The position numbers and the translations under genes were made by a program. The notes below the pieces were generated by a model, which saw only the letters and a program-made list of their open reading frames with translations, ran no database searches and had not been told where the DNA came from. Positions 16,410 through 25,098 of a stretch of 64,000 bases of DNA are shown here, in pieces. The stretch is taken from positions 1 through 64,000 of IMG/VR virus record IMGVR_UViG_3300027917_000021. One strand, 5' to 3'. The stretch comes from a virus. Positions within the stretch are counted from its first letter, which is position 1; every line of letters begins with the position of its first letter.

Positions 16410-16832
16410 TTATTTTTGATACTCATAGATTTCAAATGCCGAATTCTTTATAAATGATTTATATGGTAAATGTACAACTCTCTGTGAATATGTTTTATAA
16501 TGTATGTCTTCCTTGATATCTCGACGTACTGTAAAATACGCTTTTCCATTTTTTGTTAATAATTTATTTATGTGCTTGATTATCTTTTCTTGTTCTTCTT
16601 CTGTTACAACACATAATATGTAATTACAAATTATGACATCATATTTACCTGTTGGTGTAATGTTGTGCCAGTGTGGATCATATCGTTCCAAATTATTTAT
16701 AAATTGGTAATCTATTGATTTTCCACATCCATAATCAAGCATTCTTTTCCCAGTCAATACTCCATAAACTAATAGCATTGCTGTTGGACTAGATATTTTT
16801 TTTCTCACTATTGCAGTTCGCGCGTTTGACAA
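16410..16832 (-). CDS. Class I SAM-dependent methyltransferase
   Basis: RTAIxR..SxP, LDYGCGK, YDP, YDVIICNYIL, AYFTVRRD. Confidence 0.85.
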   Translation of the reverse strand: MSNARTAIVRKKISSPTAMLLVYGVLTGKRMLDYGCGKSIDYQFINNLERYDPHWHNITPTGKYDVIICNYILCVVTEEEQEKIIKHINKLLTKNGKAYFTVRRDIKEDIHYKTYSQRVVHLPYKSFIKNSAFEIYEYQK

Positions 16833-16992
16833 GATCTTTCATGGTTAAATCATATATTCCTATATGATTAATGTATTCATATTTTGTGCCTTGTTCTGTC
16901 GTATAAAATAAAACCTGTTTAAACAGCCCAAGGACTTCTAAATCAGTACTCCACGTAGTGCTTAGTACTGATGGATATGTTCTCACTATCAT
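16789..16992 (-). CDS. Small protein, ATG 2 nt after tRNA(CAT)
   Basis: Start reassigned to MIVRTY. Confidence 0.6.
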   Translation of the reverse strand: MIVRTYPSVLSTTWSTDLEVLGLFKQVLFYTTEQGTKYEYINHIGIYDLTMKDLVKRANCNSEKKNI

Positions 16993-16994
16993 AG

Positions 16995-17067
16995 TTGGCC
17001 CAACAGGGCTTGAACCTGTGACCGGTGCATTATGAGTGCACTGCTCTACCAACTGAGCTATGGGCCA
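16995..17067 (-). tRNA. tRNA(CAT), probably Ile2 (lysidine type) or elongator Met
   Basis: GGCCCA acceptor, loop CT CAT AA. Confidence 0.9.
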
Positions 17068-17080
17068 TAATAAAACATAG

Positions 17081-17153
17081 TGGTACCGCCTGGACTTGAA
17101 CCAGGGACCATTCGGATATCAGCCGAATGCTCCACCAACTGAGCTACGGTACC
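17081..17153 (-). tRNA. tRNA-Ile(GAT)
   Basis: Cloverleaf, loop CT GAT AT. Confidence 0.93.
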
Positions 17154-17162
17154 GCCGGACAA

Positions 17163-17543
17163 TTACTTGTCCAGTTTGCACAGATATTTCTCAAAATCCG
17201 TTGGCGTGGCTTCCAGGTCAATTTTTTTAACTTCTGGTGCTTCGAACAGATCCTCATAGTTTCTGTTTTCATTCCGGTCGTTACCAAATAGACGATCCAT
17301 AATATCATCTGCACGACGAGGAAATATTTCATTTATATATCCTTCACGTGACATGATTTTAACCGCATTATCAAAACGGGCATTGACCATCTTGAAGCCT
17401 TGCTTTTTGTTTAGAGGATGAATCTCACCTTCTCCATAAACGGAAATAGTACGAGCAAACTTCACCCCATTTTCATTTGAGAAAACACCTACTGTTACGA
17501 TAGGGTGGTTACCCTCATCATACAGGTAATATACACGTCTCAT
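17163..17543 (-). CDS. Hypothetical protein
   Basis: ORF with RBS, ATGA coupling. Confidence 0.7.
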   Translation of the reverse strand: MRRVYYLYDEGNHPIVTVGVFSNENGVKFARTISVYGEGEIHPLNKKQGFKMVNARFDNAVKIMSREGYINEIFPRRADDIMDRLFGNDRNENRNYEDLFEAPEVKKIDLEATPTDFEKYLCKLDK

Positions 17544-17788
17544 GACGGGTCTCCTTCTTTAATGGTTTCTTCCAGTTCTTCCATTATTTCTTGTTGTAAT
17601 CTTTCAAAGGCATAATCTGGAACCTTATGCCCTGCTTTTATATGCTCCACTAAGTGATTTAATGCATCAAGCCTAGTTTTAAATATATCTTTACCATATT
17701 TATCAAAACCACACCAACAACACTGGAAGCCTTCACCGGTGGCCAAAAAATAAATGTCGCTGTCTTCACCAAATCTACAATATGACAT
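17540..17788 (-). CDS. Conserved phage hypothetical protein
   Basis: MSYCRF..DSD.Y, CCxC, HLxEHxxAGHxVP; GGAGG RBS. Confidence 0.75.
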   Translation of the reverse strand: MSYCRFGEDSDIYFLATGEGFQCCWCGFDKYGKDIFKTRLDALNHLVEHIKAGHKVPDYAFERLQQEIMEELEETIKEGDPS

Positions 17789-17949
17789 TTTATTAACAAC
17801 CTCCTATAAAATGATTTTCTTTTATATCAGTAAAATCGGTGAATAGTTTATTTTGATATAAGTAAATAGTACAAAATAATACATCATTTCTTGTCATATC
17901 ATGATATATTTCTGTTACAGCGTTCGCTGTCATAATTTTTATTTTCACG

Positions 17950-18022
17950 CTGGGGCGGAAGGGCTCGAACCTCCGACATTCGGGTCCAAGGCCCGACGTT
18001 CCACCAACTGAACTACACCCCA
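17950..18022 (-). tRNA. tRNA-Gln(TTG)
   Basis: U1-A72, loop CC TTG GA (C33). Confidence 0.9.
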
Positions 18023-18023
18023 G

Positions 18024-18473
18024 TTAGTCTATCATTAAAGGTACTACGTTCTCATACCAATATGATTGATTACCTATTTTATTTTTTCTTATTTCAGGAT
18101 GTTCATGAAATATTTTAAGAATTAATTTGGATCTTTCTTTGCTTTCTTCCACATCAAAGCCCTGATAATCATCTCCTACCATCATCCATTTATGATGATA
18201 TATGGGGCCAGTATCATTACGATACCAGAGTTGTCTTAAATCTGTCCACACCATTTGAATAGCCGGCTCTGCATGCCCATCAAAATTAAAGCAGCTAATA
18301 ACAGATGTATGCTGAAGAGTCATATCATATTTTAGTATATCCATGCCAGGCATGTCTTTACCATCCATTCGTAATGCTCTGGTTATATAAAGCCAGTCTG
18401 GTATGTCCCAATGATCTATATAATCTTTATGAATGTAAAGATTATTTCTTACAATTTTTCCTGGTTTTCTCAT
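18024..18473 (-). CDS. Hypothetical protein resembling the non-catalytic domain of phosphorothioation-associated methyltransferases
   Basis: GKxVxxxLYIH, FDxxxEP, PIYHHKW motifs. Confidence 0.6.
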   Translation of the reverse strand: MRKPGKIVRNNLYIHKDYIDHWDIPDWLYITRALRMDGKDMPGMDILKYDMTLQHTSVISCFNFDGHAEPAIQMVWTDLRQLWYRNDTGPIYHHKWMMVGDDYQGFDVEESKERSKLILKIFHEHPEIRKNKIGNQSYWYENVVPLMID

Positions 18474-18656
18474 AATTAATGACGGTAGTCGCGCGGATTA
18501 CGTGCCAAAATTCACCAATATTGGCGCTTTCGTAGCACAACGCGCTTTCCCGCCCATTTTTTGCAAATACATTTCGGATTACGCACTCACCCGGATGAAC
18601 CCGGTAATCACCAACGTCAGAAGTCAGTTAACGGAGTACAACGTTTTCTAAGCAAG

Positions 18657-18729
18657 CTCACGAGGAAGGAATCGAACCTACAACCGTTGCCTTAACAGGG
18701 CACAGCTCTGCCTATTGAGCTACTCGTGA
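18657..18729 (-). tRNA. tRNA-Asn(GTT)
   Basis: Cloverleaf, loop CT GTT AA, G73. Confidence 0.93.
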
Positions 18730-19072
18730 GTATTCTGAATGTATAGGGCGTAAACACTAGCTTTTGGCGTATTGCAATACCCCACAAACTCCTAAATTTC
18801 AAAGAACCTACATTAACAATTTATTGTTTTCATACAATAAAAAAGGGGAAAGTCGCTATTGGGTTGGCGGCTTCCCCCTATTACAGAAAGGAGAGAAAAT
18901 GAAAGCGAGAATGAACCGCCTACTGCATAATAGGATCTCCATTATTGCTAAATTGTGGACGTTCGTATCCTGTGCCCACGTGGAGCCTATTACATAAGGA
19001 GGACCATGATATGGTTGCAGTGCGTTTCATGTCTATAATATAATATAATTATACCAAAAAAGCAACAATAAT

Positions 19073-19300
19073 TTATTCGCTTTCAAGAATTGGTAATGCT
19101 TCTTCTGCTATTTCTCTTGCTTGTTTAATGGATTTTGCTTTAACGATAGAATATAATGCGTTTTCATACGAAGCAAGTTGATTCTCCAATTCGGGATCTA
19201 TTTTTGCATATGGTTCTTTGACAACTTTTGCTTTTTTGCGAAATGCAAAATACAAAGTAGTTCCAAGAAATATTACTGTGGTAATAACAAAAAAGTCCAT
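19073..19300 (-). CDS. Small single-pass membrane protein
   Basis: N-terminal TM; AGGAG RBS. Confidence 0.7.
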   Translation of the reverse strand: MDFFVITTVIFLGTTLYFAFRKKAKVVKEPYAKIDPELENQLASYENALYSIVKAKSIKQAREIAEEALPILESE

Positions 19301-19338
19301 CTATTCTCCTTGTTATGATTTATTTGTACAAATAAAAA

Positions 19339-19505
19339 AGCAGAATGCGGGCATATCCCAATCGCTCACGAAAAATATCATTCATGAAATGATATCCAAC
19401 TACAACCTCGAAAATCGTAGTGAGCCCCTGGTGGTTTTCAGTCATGCCAGACTGCGAGGTTCTCATGGGTTGGTCTTCCTTGCGAAGATCCGGGCACATC
19501 CTGCT
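19339..19505 (-). ncRNA. Unassigned structured RNA candidate directly 3' of tmRNA
   Basis: Closing stem AGCAGGATG/CATTCTGCT; nested AACCTCG/CGAGGTT. Confidence 0.45.
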
Positions 19506-19509
19506 CTTG

Positions 19510-20108
19510 TGGAGCTGCCGGTCAAATGTTTTAAAAGATCCTCCTTCTGTTTCCAGTAGGTATCGGACTATCTCTTCATCTTCTATTTCTATTTAGAAGA
19601 GTTGGACGCTCTTGCTGGTAATTAAGAGGATTTACCTCTCCAGTAGTCTCTGCACCTTATGAAGATTTATCTTCATCTTGGCTCAGGGTTGCCATATACA
19701 CTGTACTTAGGTTTCCCTGAATTCATCCAATTTAATCGAAAAGTTCACACTTTAAGTCGACATTTTTTGAAATATCGAAACCGGGTCCGAACATATACAT
19801 TAAATTATTCTTTTACATTCATATCCGTTTAGGTATCATAAGCGTTGGCATGCTCTGCAAACGGATAAGGCCTGCATGCTCGCCTGATCTCCTTGATTTA
19901 AGCTCACTGACGGATCAGTCCAGATCGCCGAGTCAAACATTTACGACCATTGCATGCCGTGACATAACATGCTAGTCGTGGCTGTTAAGCAGCCATGCGG
20001 TATGTATTGCCAGTTATTCTGACAGTTGTAACTTGTTCTACGGCCATGTTACAGTAACGCCGGAATGAAATAATTTAACTTTTACATCCGTCGAATCCAT
20101 TCAGCCCC
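19510..20108 (-). ncRNA. ssrA: tmRNA (intron-interrupted); tag (A)GNTYRMAA*
   Basis: 5' GGGGCTGAATGGATTCGAC; 3' CAGCTCCA with G3-U70; ATAACT|GGC resume context; tag frame 20011-19985. Confidence 0.95.
19523..19773 (-). mobile_element. Group I intron (IC3-like, no ORF) in the tmRNA T loop
   Basis: P AATTCAGGGAAAC, Q AACCCTGAGCCAAG, R GTGCAGAGACTA, S AAGAGATAGTCC; P1 TCGATAT/ATGTCGA with U-G at the 5' splice site; terminal G. Confidence 0.92.
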
Positions 20109-20389
20109 AAAATTGACGTACGTCAATTATTATTCTTATACCAACGCCCATAGAAAATAAAAGCAGCAACACAAACTAACAGAACAACGCCTGCTACGAG
20201 TCCGCTTTGTGCTAATAATCCTATGCCGGCCGGTATAACTAATACCAATGGTAAAAGCCAACGTGGTTGTATCATTTTTTTCCTCTGGTTAACATCTATA
20301 ATATAACTAAATTGCTTATAGTATTCAATATCCTTATTCCAAGTTTTTATTGACTTATAGGTCTTTTATTGATTATATTTATAGTACTT

Positions 20390-21550
20390 ATGGAATTTTA
20401 CAAAGCAACAATTGTTGACAGAAATCAAGAAACCTATGAACTTTTAATAGATTTTGATCTATCAGGAAAAGACCAAGAAACTGCAAAATTCTTGAGTCCG
20501 TCCACGTGTGATCCAGTAGGAGGTGGGTTTTTTACATTACCGCCCGTTGGTACTAAATGTATTGTAATGGGAGATTCCTTTAATGACTATTGGGTAATAG
20601 GCTATTATAATGTTACTAATCCTGGGTCTATAAACGGATGGATCTTAAGCAATTTATATCCAAGACCTATATTAGGCGATGGTGATACTATTTTACGGCA
20701 TGGTAGCGGAAATTATATACTTCAAACTGATGGAGAGTTGAGAATTCAGCAGGGCTTGTCTGCAAGAATGGCATTGACTGGTAAAACAAATAATACATTT
20801 GATCTATATGCACTCCGTATTAATATGAATAACTCAGCCGGATATCTATCATGGCAGACCACCAGTAATAAGCCTAATATTGATACTCCATCAAAATTTG
20901 AATGGAAAATACAAAAGAATTTTGAGCAATTCGCAGATATTACTCCGAGTGACTTCGTCATTATGCGAGCTGGTACTATTACAGAAAATGAAGAAACTGA
21001 AGCTAATATGTGCATATTAGATCTAGCAACTACCCAGTATGTACCAGGAACACTTACAGAATCTGCAACAACATATTTTTCCTTAAGTCGTGATGATGAT
21101 GACAATTTGTTAAAGCTTGAAATATCAGATATTGACAATCAGGGAAATACTTCGTATACTATAAAGAGTGGTTATTACCACAACTGGACAATAACAGACC
21201 CGGGCAGAGAGGTCATCTTTGATTTAATGTCCGAAGATGGTGAAACCAATTTGAAATTAGATTTGAATGGATCCGTTGTGATAACGAGTAAAGATGATGG
21301 AAATCTGGAAGTTAAGGCAGACACTAACGTATACTTTGTTAGCCCTCTGGTTAATTTAGGAAATGAATCCGCCGCAGAACCACTAGCACTTGGTGAAAGC
21401 TTGATGGCAAAACTAAATGAATTAATAGGTGTATTTAATATGCATTTTCATCCAACACCTGCCGGCCCAAGTGGCCCATCACCAGATGCCCAGTCTTATC
21501 AAAAATACAAAAAATCAGATTTTCTATCAGAAGTGAGTTTTAGTGATTAA
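20390..21550 (+). CDS. Putative baseplate spike (gp5/gpV/VgrG-like)
   Basis: N-terminal OB-like region (LPPVGTxCIV), beta-rich body, C-terminal HFHPT..GPSGP apex motif. Confidence 0.7.
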   Translation: MEFYKATIVDRNQETYELLIDFDLSGKDQETAKFLSPSTCDPVGGGFFTLPPVGTKCIVMGDSFNDYWVIGYYNVTNPGSINGWILSNLYPRPILGDGDTILRHGSGNYILQTDGELRIQQGLSARMALTGKTNNTFDLYALRINMNNSAGYLSWQTTSNKPNIDTPSKFEWKIQKNFEQFADITPSDFVIMRAGTITENEETEANMCILDLATTQYVPGTLTESATTYFSLSRDDDDNLLKLEISDIDNQGNTSYTIKSGYYHNWTITDPGREVIFDLMSEDGETNLKLDLNGSVVITSKDDGNLEVKADTNVYFVSPLVNLGNESAAEPLALGESLMAKLNELIGVFNMHFHPTPAGPSGPSPDAQSYQKYKKSDFLSEVSFSD

Positions 21551-22092
21551 TGGCACTAGTTAAATCAACATTAAAAAGCACTATAGAGGCTAACTTACAT
21601 AACGAGCCAGGATCAGAGAATGATTTTGCGACTAGTCTTTTTGATGCTTATGAAAGCTATGCCAGTGCAGCTGCAGATGCAAGCCAGGACATGCCAACCG
21701 GATTTCCTAATAAAAGCTCTGCTGTTTCAACATTAGCGTCTGCAATGACAGGCGTTAATAAAGAAGGCATTAGTAATTCTCAGGCCGCACAACAGCTAGG
21801 GTCCGCACTTGGAAACGCTTTAGTTACTTTTTGGACAGGAATAGCGTTTAGTACAGGAATACCGCTAGCACCCATGATTTCAGAAATAACAGCACTAGTA
21901 TCTATGCCAGGAGTTCCTTCTGCGGCAACAATATCTAAATTAGACCCTACAGAGGATCGAAGTGTAGCAGCCAGCGTATGGGCAGACGCTATGGATGCGT
22001 TCACTAAAACAGTGCAAGTAACAATAACAGGAATGATGGCCGGGCCGTCAGGTCCTGTGCCGGCGCCACCAATTACAGCGCCAATTACATAA
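21550..22092 (+). CDS. Putative baseplate-associated protein
   Basis: MALVKSTLK N-terminus; coupled to the spike gene. Confidence 0.6.
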   Translation: MALVKSTLKSTIEANLHNEPGSENDFATSLFDAYESYASAAADASQDMPTGFPNKSSAVSTLASAMTGVNKEGISNSQAAQQLGSALGNALVTFWTGIAFSTGIPLAPMISEITALVSMPGVPSAATISKLDPTEDRSVAASVWADAMDAFTKTVQVTITGMMAGPSGPVPAPPITAPIT

Positions 22093-22115
22093 TAAAAACA
22101 ACACAGAGGTTATAA

Positions 22116-24023
22116 ATGGAAGATTTGTTTGTTAAACAACCAGAATTTGAAAAGACTTCGACGGCTCCACTGAGTCAAGAGAGTGGCAAATGGACTAAAG
22201 AAATCATAAGCCATTTTCACGAAGAATTTCCACAACTTGTCCATTTACCCGTAAGACTTACATTTACAACTAAAGATGAAAGCCGTGGCTATGCCATAGG
22301 CTCTATCTCAGTTGGAGAGAATAATATTCATGTTCCAGTCGTGGTAGAGGATTTCAGTCTGAAAGATTTAGATGTAGCAGTGGTAAATGGTAATCTGGTG
22401 CCATTAACAGAAGAATCTGTCGGAATGCTTTTTACACATGGCTCAGCTTTCTCTAAGGTTGTACCTAATGAAGAAGTAGATGAGACAATACGTTTGTTCA
22501 GTAAATCACTACACGTACCGTGGACAGTTGATAAATACGCGAGTGTACTGGATGATGTTGCTGCAGGCATTACTAAGAAAGCACAGCAAGCATTATTAGA
22601 TGAGGTTGAATCAAATCCTCAATTAAAAGAAAATTTTATTCAAAATAACACATACGATGTTATTGAAAAAATTGCTGAGCTGGAATGTGATGACACGGTT
22701 ATAGAAAAAGAACAACTCGAAAAACTATTGCCGAGAAATATCTATACTATAGAGAAAACAGGTAAATTTGAATATACGGCCTATCTAGGAAATTCTGATG
22801 TAGATAACAGAGTCGCCGTTAAGCTAAAAGAGGAAGATGTAAAAGATGCTTACAACACTTTAGAAAAAAGTGCTGCTGTAAGAGAATATAAAGATTTCGT
22901 ACTAGCAAGTAAAATTACTTCGGAGGCGCCTGTTGTTGATTTTGAAGGAAAAGACACAAACGTAGCAATATTTGCAGACGATGCGGGCAATTATTTTGTC
23001 AAAGAAGCCCGTGGAATTACCACACAGGTAACTCCTACTGGCAAATTTGCAATAAAAATGCCACAAAAATTACCTTCAACTAACGCAACCAAAGCAGAAA
23101 CAGGGCAAGCATTACCACCGGCAGACGGTTCAGTTAAGACAGCAGAATGCAAAACACCAGCAAAAGTAGATAAAAAGAAGAAAAAAATGCTTAAAAAAGC
23201 AGATTTTGGTGTATTTTTATTCGAAAATGGTGTTACAAAACCAATTTTTCTCGAAAAAGTTTCAAATATTAACGGAAAAATTGACATCGAGGCTTTTGAT
23301 GGCCTGAATTCTATAAAAATAGGCATGTGGGACGGCATTAAAAGCCCAGCATATGATAAAGAAAAAGATACATATTTCCTACCAAAATCAACCGATTTTG
23401 TAAAATTGGGTGATTGGAAAGAAAATATGGTAGATTTTCCAGAAAAAACACCGTCTGGTGACTGGGTTTTGAATATAGACGGCAATTCTTACGCATTTGG
23501 CGGACCAAATTTTGAAAAATATGGTCAATTAGGACACAGCTTAAATGATGTAAGTCACCAAGATGCAAAGTGGTATATGGTACAAATGGGTGCCGCGCCT
23601 TCTGAAATAGAAAAAATCGCTTTAAAAGAAGGCCAAAGGTATTATTTTAAATCTGATTTATCATGTCCGCGGTCATTTGATTCGTACGTCGAAGAATGGA
23701 ACAAAAAGGTAGCAAATTTTACAGATATGGTTGATGATAAATTAACTAATATGGTAAAACATGCCGCCGTTATGAATGATAATTTAACAGTTGATGCTGT
23801 TTTATCACTAAAATTTCTCAACAAAAAGAATGTCGCAGAATTCTTTAAAGTTATACCAGTTTATGAACATGTAATAATGAGTTTATCACGCCTATTACTG
23901 GCTGTGCGTTTGGGAATGGAATCTGTTCCGGAAACAGCCGTAAAAGAAGCAATGGAAAACCTGACAATAGTGACTTCCAAGTTGCATGAACTTCAATCAA
24001 TTGCGAAAAGAACGAAAAATTAA
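22116..24023 (+). CDS. Large hypothetical protein, probably virion/head associated
   Basis: 635 aa with recurring EKxA/KxA motifs; structural context. Confidence 0.6.
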   Translation: MEDLFVKQPEFEKTSTAPLSQESGKWTKEIISHFHEEFPQLVHLPVRLTFTTKDESRGYAIGSISVGENNIHVPVVVEDFSLKDLDVAVVNGNLVPLTEESVGMLFTHGSAFSKVVPNEEVDETIRLFSKSLHVPWTVDKYASVLDDVAAGITKKAQQALLDEVESNPQLKENFIQNNTYDVIEKIAELECDDTVIEKEQLEKLLPRNIYTIEKTGKFEYTAYLGNSDVDNRVAVKLKEEDVKDAYNTLEKSAAVREYKDFVLASKITSEAPVVDFEGKDTNVAIFADDAGNYFVKEARGITTQVTPTGKFAIKMPQKLPSTNATKAETGQALPPADGSVKTAECKTPAKVDKKKKKMLKKADFGVFLFENGVTKPIFLEKVSNINGKIDIEAFDGLNSIKIGMWDGIKSPAYDKEKDTYFLPKSTDFVKLGDWKENMVDFPEKTPSGDWVLNIDGNSYAFGGPNFEKYGQLGHSLNDVSHQDAKWYMVQMGAAPSEIEKIALKEGQRYYFKSDLSCPRSFDSYVEEWNKKVANFTDMVDDKLTNMVKHAAVMNDNLTVDAVLSLKFLNKKNVAEFFKVIPVYEHVIMSLSRLLLAVRLGMESVPETAVKEAMENLTIVTSKLHELQSIAKRTKN

Positions 24024-24049
24024 ATAATTCAGATAATTGGAAAATATAT

Positions 24050-24075
24050 AGGGGGACGTACGTCCCCTTTTTTTT
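24050..24075 (+). terminator. Intrinsic terminator
   Basis: GGGGACGTACGTCCCC followed by a T run. Confidence 0.8.
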
Positions 24076-24077
24076 AT

Positions 24078-24106
24078 TTGACATGAATTATTAATTTTCG
24101 TATATT
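24078..24106 (+). promoter_or_regulatory. sigma70-type promoter
   Basis: TTGACA-17-TATATT. Confidence 0.75.
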
Positions 24107-24176
24107 AGACATGGTTAAGCAATAGTGCTGGCCATCAAATCAACTATTCATAGATGAAAGTTGAGGGAGAAATATA

Positions 24177-24638
24177 ATGACCTTATTAATTAAACGCCCT
24201 ACGCGTGATTTTTTCGATACTAACCTTCAGAGAACTTTCGACAAGTTCTATAACGAATTCTTTTCCGACTTTGATCCTTTTAAACAACTAGGTAATGCTA
24301 GTTATCCCAAGTGCAATGTTATAGATAAAAAAGATGTAGTAGTTGTTCAAGCAGCTATTCCTGGTTTAAATAAGGATGATGTAGAATTAGAAATAAATGA
24401 TAAAGATCGCGTAATAACATTAAGAGCTAATAAAGCTTCCTCAGAAGAACATTATGCAGAAGAAGATTATGTCCGTAGAGAAATTAAATTTTCTTCATTT
24501 TCAAGAAGTTTTTCTGTAACAGATACAAATCTAGATTTGGTGAGCATTGAAGCCAAATATGAAAACGGTGTATTGGAATTAAATATTCCAAAAAAAGAAC
24601 CTGTCGAGATAGAGCCAATAAGAATTAAAATTCAATAA
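24177..24638 (+). CDS. Hsp20 small heat-shock protein
   Basis: PGLxKDD, RRE..FSRSF, AKYENGVLxLxIPK, C-terminal IxI. Confidence 0.95.
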   Translation: MTLLIKRPTRDFFDTNLQRTFDKFYNEFFSDFDPFKQLGNASYPKCNVIDKKDVVVVQAAIPGLNKDDVELEINDKDRVITLRANKASSEEHYAEEDYVRREIKFSSFSRSFSVTDTNLDLVSIEAKYENGVLELNIPKKEPVEIEPIRIKIQ

Positions 24639-24648
24639 AGGAGAACAA

Positions 24649-24984
24649 ATGGCATTAGGTATTAAAGAGACTAAAGAACTTATTAAGTTCGCGTCTGATC
24701 TTGGAGAGGGCATTGGTAAGTCTCTGGAAGATAATAAATGGACCATCGGTGACATTTATAATTTCATTCCAGCGGCACAATCTGCTTTTGCCGGTATTAG
24801 TGGCGTAGACCAAGTTCTTGAAGAGCTTAAAGACCTTGACGAAGCAGAAAAAGAAGAGTTAAAGAATTATGTAGTTGAAGAGTTCGATATACCTCAGGAT
24901 AACGCTGAGGAATACGTCGAAAAAGCTATTTCTATAGCATTAGATATCTGGTTCTTCATAAAGGAATTCTTCGTCAAAAAATAA
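24649..24984 (+). CDS. Conserved phage hypothetical protein
   Basis: GIKETKEL..., ELKDLDEAE; AGGAG RBS. Confidence 0.75.
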   Translation: MALGIKETKELIKFASDLGEGIGKSLEDNKWTIGDIYNFIPAAQSAFAGISGVDQVLEELKDLDEAEKEELKNYVVEEFDIPQDNAEEYVEKAISIALDIWFFIKEFFVKK

Positions 24985-25021
24985 CCAAGCTAATATAGCT
25001 TAGACATAAATATATACAACA

Positions 25022-25052
25022 AAAATAGGGTCGGCACATGTCGGCCCTTTTT
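25022..25052 (+). terminator. Intrinsic terminator
   Basis: AGGGTCGGC...GTCGGCCCT plus T run. Confidence 0.7.
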
Positions 25053-25098
25053 GTTTATAAATCATTGACATTATATTCCTGTCTATTTATATTTTATC

